The notes under the pieces are model-generated. The model searched no databases. It saw nothing but the letters and a program-made list of their open reading frames with translations, and was not told the DNA's origin. From an uncultured Verrucomicrobiae bacterium (GTDB lineage Bacteria > Verrucomicrobiota > Verrucomicrobiia > Chthoniobacterales > Terrimicrobiaceae): 64,000 nucleotides of DNA. The stretch covers positions 42,198-106,197 of the forward strand of contig CAWFMA010000024.1 of the NCBI GenBank assembly GCA_963816855.1, written 5' to 3'. The translations under genes were made by a program, and so were the position numbers. Positions 49,745 to 57,470 of the stretch are shown piece after piece (position 1 is the stretch's first letter; every line of letters starts with the position of its first letter).

Positions 49745-50682
49745 GGAGGACGGAGCGATAGAGATCGAGGTTCCCCGAATCGGGGCGGGAGCTTTGAGCC
49801 GTTGTTGATCCCCAAAAGACAGAAGCGCTTTTAAGGTTTCGATGAGAAGATCATCGCGATGTATGCGCGCGGATGACGGTCATCAGCGCAGCGACCGATT
49901 CGGTGTGGGAAGCGGTGATCGCGTGGCAGAATCGGCCTCTGGAACGAAGCTATCCGGGGGTCTATTTCGACGCGCTGCGGGTGAAGATCCGCGACGAGGG
50001 AAGGGCGAGGAACAAAGCGGTATATCTGGCCATGCATCGCCGCCGACGGGACCAAGGACGTGCTGGGCATTGGATCGAACAGAACGAAGGAGCCAAATTC
50101 TGGCTCCAAGTCATGAACGAGCTGCGCAACGGTGGGGTAGAGGACATTCTGATCGCGGTGGTCGATGGGCTGAAGGGCTCTCCGGAGCCCATGACCACGG
50201 TTCCCGTTGGCCAGCGTGCAGACCTGGATCGTGCATTTAAGCCGTTATTGCCTCTCCTTTTTGCGGCTGGAAGCAGCGCCAGGCAGGGGCTCGCGAACTC
50301 CAAACCATCTAACAGGCCGAAAGCGTGGAGGTCGCCGCCAAGCGGCTCTCGGAGTTCGACGCCAGCCCCTGGGGAAAGAAATATCCGATGATTGCCGAGA
50401 GTTGGCGTCGAAATTGGGAGCCGATCATTCTCTTTTACAGTTATCCGCCAGAGGTGCGCCACCAACGCGATCGAAAGTTTACATATGTAGCTGCGCGAGG
50501 TGCTTAAGAATCGGGGACACGTTCCAGCGACGAAGCGGCTACCAGGCTCATTTTACCCTCGCCTTGCGAAACATCAGCAAATCGTGGAAAAACCCGCCGC
50601 CGACCTGCAGGGGCCCCGCGGCTCGGGGAACCCCTGGGCGCTACCGCGCCTTGGCAAAATCGGAGCCAAACGAAGAAAATAA
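49745..50682 (+). mobile_element. IS256-family transposase pseudogene (N-terminally truncated, multiple frameshifts, in-frame stops, internal deletion)
   Basis: Fragments in three frames: IEIEVPR..GSFEPLLIPKRQKRF(stop)GFDEKIIAMYARG; WQNRPLERSYPGVYFDALRVKIRDEGRARNKAVYLA...IEQNEGAKFWLQVMNELRNGGVEDILIAVVDGLKG; KYPMIAESWRRNWEPIILFYSYPPEV; LALRNISKSW. Confidence 0.8.
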
Positions 50683-50954
50683 ACCGGCCCTAAACACAAA
50701 ACTTCGGATGCTTCGGTCTACGATCAGAATCCGCTGTGGCGGAAGGCTTTGCTGCCTTCTCTTTGGTTATCGCCGCTTTGATCTCTTTGAAGTGGCCGTG
50801 AATTCTCTCAACGGCTTCCTCGGTTTCAGCACGCGATTCGTAGGGGCTGTTCGTCTTGGTTGAACTAGCTACTTTCTGGGCCATCAGCTACGTTCGACTC
50901 GTACTTAACCGAAGTCCAAAAGGAAGTGCGACAGGAACGCTCTATTGAATCTGA

Positions 50955-51215
50955 TCAAAATCTGCGCGTGTTGGACACATGAAGAACTGGCGAGGAATCG
51001 CGGCAGATGGGCTGGCCGATTATCTGGAAGAACGCTCGCAAAGTTGAAAGCTCGTCTTCCCGCTCCCAAACCAGGCACTCGCGCAGTGTCCGCCCAGCGA
51101 GCTTTCTATCCGTAATGGCAGTGCGGCTTTCCGAGCGGAGAGCGTAGGTTTTGATCTTGCTGCGGATTTTCTTTATAGCATAGTAATTCCCGTTAATCTC
51201 ATGACGTTTCAGGCA
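50955..51215. repeat. direct repeat, copy 1 (partner 55246-55520)
   Basis: Long identical runs at both ends (TTGGACACA.GAAGAACTGGCGAGGAATCG and ATCTTGCTGCGGATTTTCTTTATAGCATAGTAATT.CCGTT.AT.TCATGACGTT) flank a more diverged middle. Copy 2 has a 9-nt insertion. Confidence 0.8.
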
Positions 51216-51335
51216 AGGGATATTGGGAAATACTTCGAGGAAGTTGGCTCGTGCTCCGCTTGGTGGAGCTATTTCGAAGGTCGAAAGCGCCCGGCTCCAA
51301 TCGTCGGCGTGCGCTGTGATAGAATGACGAGGCCA
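50955..51335 (-). pseudogene. 5' fragment of a tyrosine-integrase-like gene (copy 1, no start codon)
   Basis: The minus-strand frame is open between stops and reads ...CLKRHEINGNYYAIKKIRSKIKTYALRSESRTAITDRKLAGRTLRE..., resembling integrase N-terminal arm-type regions (sGiYYar.k..gK....sL.t.d...A.rkl). It is a paralogous repeat of 55246-55561. Confidence 0.45.
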
Positions 51336-51711
51336 TTACCAGGGCACCGTGCAGGCCGAACGCCACGAACCGCGCTCCTTCCAAGAAGTTCGACCAGCTT
51401 GAAGCGCGAGCCAGGCAGCAGCGTCATCTGCGGTGTGGGAGAGCAACCCGTCGTCGGTGTGCGACCCCCTAAAATCCGCCGATTGGGCACGGGTTTGATT
51501 CTTAAGCGAGTTTCTGTTCCCTCGCTCCCGATTACCCGAATTGGCCGGTGTAGCGCGCGAACTCGCTTTCCGCCCTTCACAAGGGGTTGCTGCGCCCCGC
51601 GCCGTATTCTACGCATTGTGGTCCCCTGCGGTAGAGGCTCAAATTTGGAGACGATAAGGGCGGAGTTAGGAAGCCCTTACCCTATGTTTCGCAGCCAGGA
51701 GGACTATGGGC

Positions 51712-53058
51712 CTAATGCCCGAACCTAAAATGCGACTCCAGGTCAATGTAGCCGGCGCTGCTGAAGCGAAGGGGGGACGGGTCGGAGAGGGTTTCCAGGT
51801 TGCTGTTTGCACGGGCCTCGTTGAGCAGGCCTTCTGAGAGTAACGCATGCTCCATTTTTAGCGTGCTATGGATGAAGACCATGCGCGGGCCGTCGGGGCC
51901 GCTCGGGCTCATGGCGAGAGCTACTTCGAGCGCGTCTCGATCGTGCTCGCAGACGATAGGTCGGCGGGCCTGGCAGGGGCAGAGAGCGGAGAGACTGTTG
52001 AGCGCTGTGCGATCCCACTCGATCTCCTCATCGAAGCGCTGAGTAATGAATTCGCAGAGGCCGACACCAATCGCATTCCCATGACTTCCGGGCGACAATC
52101 TGCTGCCAACGATAGTATGTATTGCAGGCATCGTGCTTTTCCAAGGTTTACCCTGCTGATAGCCATACGGTGACCGCCCGATCGTCTTGGTATGCATGCC
52201 TTGTCCGGAGAGATCCTTGCCGAGGGAGTTGCAATATAAAACGTCTACCGTTCGGACCGGCATCGCAGGCATCAGCTCCTTCGAACGCGCAAGCGCTTGA
52301 GCCTCTATTGCAAAGAAACGATCTGCAGATTCAGCACGTGCACTGATAATTCCTGCTGTCTCATCCCGTGCGTTTTCAATGATTCCAAGTCCACCCCAGA
52401 TTACAAGCTCCTTTCCTTCTATAATCCGCCGGGAAGAGATCTCGATCGCCGCGCCTAGACCGATTGTTGGAATATGCCTATGTTGTTCGACGGCGTGCAG
52501 CTTCGATGCGCCAAGGGCAAGAATTTTTGCCCAGCCGCTTTCCAACCCATAGAAACCTTCGGGCAGCGGTTCCGGCCAATCGATATCTGTATGCTCTTTG
52601 ATCCTGTTAGTAAGAATAACCAGATCACAGGCAAGCGCATCCTCGGACACATGAGCTTCGACATCGTTCACGGTGTCGATATAGCGTGTCTCCATATTAG
52701 AGAATATGCGGGTAGCGACCGCCTCCTCAGTCACGCCGCGGTCGGAAGCAATGGCCCGCTCTCCCTCCGAGGTGCCGCCCCCGTGCGTACCCATCGCCGT
52801 AAGGATTCGAACCTCCTTGCAATGCGGCTTTAAAAAGGAAACCGCAGTGATGAGGACCTGTGCAATGTCACGAATGCCGCGGCTCGGACAGGTCAAACCG
52901 ACGATCTTTCCTTTGATCGCGGTCGTATCTGGAAATAGCTTTTTCAGCTCACGCACCGTCGCTTCGCGAACATCAGCTTCCTTGGGAACTGAAAAATGCT
53001 GCTTGATTAGCACGACCGAGGGAATGTTCTTTGAACGAGGAAGATGAGAGGTCTTCAT
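51712..53058 (-). CDS. hypothetical protein, distantly LarA/DUF2088-like (assignment tentative)
   Basis: 448 aa with an ATG start. The segment order resembles the LarA N-terminal domain: GLTCPSRGIRD (cf SSDHTRPVP), ILTAMGTHGGGTSEGE (cf VATGFHRPST), DLVILTNRIKEHT (cf DLLISEGFIESH). The LarA catalytic residues are not evident. Confidence 0.6.
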   Translation of the reverse strand: MKTSHLPRSKNIPSVVLIKQHFSVPKEADVREATVRELKKLFPDTTAIKGKIVGLTCPSRGIRDIAQVLITAVSFLKPHCKEVRILTAMGTHGGGTSEGERAIASDRGVTEEAVATRIFSNMETRYIDTVNDVEAHVSEDALACDLVILTNRIKEHTDIDWPEPLPEGFYGLESGWAKILALGASKLHAVEQHRHIPTIGLGAAIEISSRRIIEGKELVIWGGLGIIENARDETAGIISARAESADRFFAIEAQALARSKELMPAMPVRTVDVLYCNSLGKDLSGQGMHTKTIGRSPYGYQQGKPWKSTMPAIHTIVGSRLSPGSHGNAIGVGLCEFITQRFDEEIEWDRTALNSLSALCPCQARRPIVCEHDRDALEVALAMSPSGPDGPRMVFIHSTLKMEHALLSEGLLNEARANSNLETLSDPSPLRFSSAGYIDLESHFRFGH

Positions 53059-53372
53059 GCGTAACCGTTTGCTCCGCAGTATAGCACGGCTTTCTTTTAA
53101 GCGTCACCGGATCCATGTAAAACATCAACGGCAGAACATCAACGCCGTGAGTGACGCGATCCCCGTCTTAACTATGTGGCAGGACCGTGACCATCCCCAA
53201 CTCATCATCGGCAGGATAGTCGGTCGGCAGCAGACAGGGGCGCATTTTTGCCCGCAATGCCCATGTCGACCTGCCAGATATTTTAAGCTCGATCTCCTTA
53301 CCATCTGGATGGAAGGTTGCAATGCCCCGGTTAATCGCGGAAACATAAAGCTCTTGCATAGCCTCCACTCCC

Positions 53373-54554
53373 ATGTCCACCGCACTCGATTTGATGGAAG
53401 GGCTCACAGCCGAAGACCGTGAGTGGCTGGGGATCAATGGAAAAGAAAGACGCCTGTCGTCGAATGAAAGACTAATTTCTGAGGGAGAGACCCTGCGGGA
53501 GATCCATTTCGTCTTGAGCGGGCTCTTCTCCGTTGGGTCGGAGGCGAGTGAGAGTTTTTCGACGGTCGGTCCAGGGGGTATCCTGGGTGATATGTCGTTT
53601 CTTACCGGCAATGCAGCTTCGGCAACGGTTATAGCCCTCGAGGAGGGCAGCGTTGTCCTTGCAGTTTGAAGCGAGACCGTTTCTTCCCATCTTGCCGCCG
53701 ACGCGGACTTTGCCGTGCGCTTCTACCGCATCACAGCTATGCTTTTGAGTGAGCGTCTGCGGAACTTCATTGCTCTGTTTATAACGTCTCCAACGATAAG
53801 GACCGAGACCAAAACGGGACCCAGCCTCCGCGGTCCCGTGGGTCTTTTCACACAGAATCAGCCGGATTTTGCTGCCATTCAACGCCTGGTCAACTCGTTA
53901 CCGCCGGTTTCTGATATCTGCGATAGTTTACAACAAGGCTTCAGTGACAATGCGGCACTGGCGCAAAGAGTGCAAAGACTCAGCGTGGCAACGATGGCGG
54001 CGGAGAGCCTTCAACTCCTTTTTGAGGTGACACGAAATGAAGGCGTCACTGACCTTGACAGACGCGTAATTCGTCACGAGCCATCCTTTAGCGCAGCGGA
54101 CAAGCAGGCCATTCTGCCAGGCTTTTTGATTCAGAAGACTGTAACGATCCTGATCGAAAACAAGTTCGTTCTCTGCAGCAGCATTGGCGACCTGAAAATA
54201 TCGCGCAAGCTGCTGGGCGAGATTGCCGTAATGCTCGGCTTTCCGCGGAGGGGGCTTAATACCTATATCAACCCGGTGGCGTTCATTCCAGAGATTGAAC
54301 TTGGGTTACTGCGGGGGATGGTCTCAACCTTCTTCTCACCCGGTCGCATCACACAACTTGACCTCGTCACGCTCATTGCCCCATCGTCAAGCCAGATGCC
54401 CGATGTGGCTGTTTCATTGTCCCCATGTGAAAGTCTTCTGCTGCCCTGCGCGGTATTCCCTGCAATTGTGAGGAAATACGCGGAGCATGCCTATCCCTAT
54501 GTGCCCTTTACTTTATTACGGTTTGATCAGGTCACCGCTCCGCCGATGGGCTAA
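53373..54554 (+). pseudogene. cNMP-binding domain protein with an unknown approx 260-aa C-terminal domain, interrupted by one in-frame TGA (53667-53669)
   Basis: Track ORFs 53373-53669 and 53715-54554 share a frame (342 nt apart), and the 15 codons between them are open. The joined sequence SVVLAV(TGA)SETVSSHLAADADFAVRFYRITAMLLSERLRNF is a contiguous CAP-type cNMP-binding domain end. Confidence 0.7.
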
Positions 54555-55561
54555 AGCATAGAAGAGCATCTTCAAGAACGTGTTCGCGTAGCGGCACTCC
54601 ACCGGGAATCCTTGCGGCATAGACACGTCGATAATCTCTCCGGGGTCGATGTCGGCGAAGCGAATGTGTTCGCTCCAGGACAAAAGACTTGGGCGATTTC
54701 CGGTATGACGAACGCCTGAAGGTAATTGCCGATCGTCTCTTTCCCACTGCCGATCTGCTCGGGGGCTGAGCCAGAAAACGATTGGTGAAATACTCGACCA
54801 CCGGCGCCGGCGGCAGGTGGTCTGACTGGCCGAGGCGAGCTCGCTCATGGCTTCGTCCAGGTCGCTTTGATCGAGCAAAAGGTGGTACGCGTTCTCCAAA
54901 GTCATCGGCAGCGATCTCGCGTAGCGTTTGCAAGGCGGCGCTGTGAGTCCGCGCTTGGTTGCGAAAGAAGCTCTGCGTGGCGGCCATGAGTAGTCCCCGG
55001 TCAGGTTCCCGGGCGGAGTGATGATATCTTCGAGGAGGAGGAGGTTGCCCTGCGAGGCAAAAGCCCTTTTTTGGGGACCGCTGGTCGAAAGTCATGATCT
55101 AGCAGAGGATGGATAAGTCCAGGATCTCTGGGTTTTGGAGGCCGTCTGCTCCACGTTGCTCCGCCAGTGGTGCGGGGCGCTGCGCGCGTCGCACCACGGT
55201 TCAGACCTAATATGAACAACGACACACGAATCTGTCGGACCGGAGATCAAAGTCTGCGCGGACGCTTCTGTTGGACACAGGAAGAACTGGCGAGGAATCG
55301 GCGGCAGGTGGGCTGGCCGAATATTTGGAAGAACGCTTACAGCTTCAAAGCTCGTCTTTCCCTTACTTCCAAACTCTTGGCCAATCGATCAGTTTTCGCT
55401 CAGCGAGCTTTTCTATGCGCAATGGTATGCTCGCTTTCAGAGCCGAAAGCATGGGCTTTAATCTTGCTGCGGATTTTCTTTATAGCATAGTAATTTCCGT
55501 TGATTTCATGACGTTCAAACGAGTGACATTTGGAGTAGTTGGAAGAGGTATAGACCAGCAT
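54555..55561 (-). pseudogene. decayed, 3'-truncated tyrosine-integrase-like gene (copy 2) adjacent to tRNA-Ala
   Basis: It starts at the ATG at 55561, 50 nt from the tRNA, reading MLVYTSSNYSKCHSFERHEINGNYYAIKKIRSKIKAHAF... with a stop at 55400. Further integrase-like pieces occur in other frames, for example HTGNRPSLLSWSEHIRFADIDPGEIIDV (cf TG.R.sE.l.L.W.diD....i.V). The catalytic C-terminal half is missing. Confidence 0.5.
55246..55520. repeat. direct repeat, copy 2 (partner 50955-51215)
   Basis: See copy 1. Same orientation, 4.3 kb apart. Confidence 0.8.
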
Positions 55562-55611
55562 CTCTGTTGCTTCGTGAGTATAGTATGTAACTCACTGAAA
55601 TCAAACACGTT

Positions 55612-55684
55612 GGGGGTATAGCTCAGCTGGTAGAGCGTCTCGTTCGCAATGAGAAGGTCTGGGGTTCGAATCCCCATACCTCCA
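55612..55684 (+). tRNA. tRNA-Ala (anticodon CGC)
   Basis: 73-nt cloverleaf folded by hand: acceptor GGGGGTA/TACCTCC with G3:U70, D-arm GCTC/GAGC, anticodon stem TCTCG/TGAGA with loop TTCGCAA, T-arm TGGGG-TTCGAAT-CCCCA, and discriminator A. CCA is not encoded. Confidence 0.95.
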
Positions 55685-55903
55685 CGGCCTTTGACTTGTT
55701 CCGATCTTTGGACCGCGTGGGATTTTAGCTTCCGACTGGCAGGGGCTCTTCCCGCCTGCATGGTGGGCCCGTCCGGCAAGGTTCTCGTGACGGAGCCGGT
55801 CCATGAGCGTGCGATTCCGGTGCTCTTGAGCTGGTCTGCCTGAGACGAAGGCTGGCGCATCTTTGCTCTTGAGCGCGGGGCATTATGAAACTTTTCTGCT
55901 CAA

Positions 55904-56710
55904 ATGTCATTGAAAGCCATCTTGTTCGATTTGGACGACACGCTGATCGCGGATGAAGCGGTCTCGACGGAAGCATTTCAACTGGTGGCCCAGGAGGCCC
56001 GGAATCGACACGGGGCCGAAGCGAATCGGTTTGCCCGGGATGCGGCCGAGCACGCCAGGGCGCTTTGGGAGATTGGCCCTTGCAACGCCTTTTGCCGCAA
56101 TCTGGGAATCAGCGCGTTTGAGTGCCTTTGGGGAGGGTTCGAAGGGGAAGGAGAGTGGGCCGAGCTCAGAAAATGGGCGCTGCGCTTTCGTGAGCAAGTT
56201 TTTGATCAGGCCTTGCGGGATCAGATGATCGAAAGTCCCGAAGGTTTGCGCGGATTGGCTGAGGCTTTCGGCAAGGAGAGGCGTCTCTTGCAGCGTCTGA
56301 TGCCTGACGCTCTCGAAACGTTGACGAGGCTTTCCTCACGATATGCGCTGGGAATGCTGACAAACGGAGCACCGGACCTGCAGCGGGAAAAAATCGCCGC
56401 GAGCGGCCTGGAGAGCCTTTTTCAAGCTGTGGTGATCTCCGGGTTATTCGGTATCGGCAAGCCTCGCCGGGAAATCTTCCTCCACTTGACTGATCGGCTG
56501 GGAATCGTTCCGGATGAAGCGATGATGGTGGGAAATAGTCTCGAAAGAGATATTGCCGGAGCGCGAAATGCCGGCATTAAATCCATCTGGTTCAAGGTCA
56601 CGGGTTCGGAGGAGCCTGCCGCTGTAGAACCTGATTTCACGATTACGGGACTTGCGGAGCTGCCTGCCCTCCTGGAACGTTTTGACGTTCAAAGGGCCGT
56701 TGGCGCGTGA
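55904..56710 (+). CDS. HAD family hydrolase
   Basis: It has the ILFDLDDTLI motif I, LTNG motif II and a VGNSLERDI motif IV-like region. Confidence 0.88.
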   Translation: MSLKAILFDLDDTLIADEAVSTEAFQLVAQEARNRHGAEANRFARDAAEHARALWEIGPCNAFCRNLGISAFECLWGGFEGEGEWAELRKWALRFREQVFDQALRDQMIESPEGLRGLAEAFGKERRLLQRLMPDALETLTRLSSRYALGMLTNGAPDLQREKIAASGLESLFQAVVISGLFGIGKPRREIFLHLTDRLGIVPDEAMMVGNSLERDIAGARNAGIKSIWFKVTGSEEPAAVEPDFTITGLAELPALLERFDVQRAVGA

Positions 56711-56731
56711 CACGCGCGTTGCCGTCGGGTC

Positions 56732-57460
56732 TTATCCGGCTGCGGACTTCCCTGACGGACGAGAGGTGATTTCGGCCAGAGCGAGCAAACGGCCGGTGTG
56801 GCCTTTTTCGCGCCGATACGAGTAGTAGCGCTCCAGGTTTGAGGCGGTACAGGTTCCACAGTCGAACACGTCCCGCACACCGGCTTCGCGGGCTTGCCGA
56901 ATGATCTCCGCCGCGAAATCGAGCTCGTAATAGGGTGGGCGAATGCAAGGCGAGATTTGCACGACAAGATCGGCGGGATTCGTGCCGAACGCCGCGCGCA
57001 TCGCGGCGATGGCTTTTGGCACAATTTGAAGTTGTGTCCCCTTCTTTCCAGCGTGCACCAGTCCGATCGCGCGTCTCGTCCGATCCGCCAGGTAGACCGC
57101 GGCGCAGTCAGCCACGTAGATCGCAAGGCAGACTCCGGCACGGTCGGTGATGAGGCCGTCGGCAGCCGGGATGGGCTCTCGGCGGGGAGAATCAACGCCT
57201 GCCACGCGGTCGCCGTGCACTTGTTCCGCGAAGGCAAGCGGATCGGAGAAGCCCAACGTTTTCGCAGTTTGGCGATGGAGAGGCCAAAGCCGCTCCAGGG
57301 CCAGTTCCCGGTCCGCTGCCGTCTCGACGGAGGGACATCGTTGGATGAACGCCGCTCGAAGGAAGGAAAGAGAATCCAGAGCCGGAAAGGACTCCACCGG
57401 ACACGGTGCTGAACCCGGGCCGCCGGCTAAATCACGGCGCGCACCCGCGGGGAAGGACAT
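56732..57460 (-). CDS. pgeF: peptidoglycan editing factor PgeF (YfiH/DUF152 laccase-domain protein)
   Basis: QVHGDRV, VADCAAVYL and GLVHAGKKG motifs. The internal ATG at 57460 was chosen, because the upstream 163 codons of the track ORF overlap the tolC 3' end. Confidence 0.88.
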   Translation of the reverse strand: MSFPAGARRDLAGGPGSAPCPVESFPALDSLSFLRAAFIQRCPSVETAADRELALERLWPLHRQTAKTLGFSDPLAFAEQVHGDRVAGVDSPRREPIPAADGLITDRAGVCLAIYVADCAAVYLADRTRRAIGLVHAGKKGTQLQIVPKAIAAMRAAFGTNPADLVVQISPCIRPPYYELDFAAEIIRQAREAGVRDVFDCGTCTASNLERYYSYRREKGHTGRLLALAEITSRPSGKSAAG

Positions 57461-57470
57461 CTGTTCGGCT

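Noticed and set aside
50690-50884. A 64-aa minus-strand ORF between the IS256 remnant and integrase fragment 1.
   Set aside because: It is low-complexity (K/A/E/T-rich) with no motif, and it lies in a zone of mobile-element debris. The evidence is insufficient for a gene call.
53168-53359. A 63-aa minus-strand ORF (MQELYVSAINRGIATFHPDGKEIELKISGR...) upstream of the LarA-like gene.
   Set aside because: Its start would lie 14 nt from the divergent cNMP-binding gene start, leaving no promoter space. It has no motif. It is kept only as a possibility.
53667-53669. The in-frame TGA as a selenocysteine or programmed readthrough codon.
   Set aside because: The position aligns with a normally basic, non-catalytic residue of cNMP-binding domains. 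I saw no obvious stem-loop immediately downstream. The neighbourhood is full of other pseudogenes, so a nonsense mutation is the simpler reading.
53373-54554. A Pycsar/CBASS-like cyclic-nucleotide defence module (cNMP-binding effector).
   Set aside because: No nucleotide cyclase, TIR, patatin or pore-forming domain is recognisable in or next to the gene. The neighbour is a LarA-like protein, and the gene itself is interrupted.
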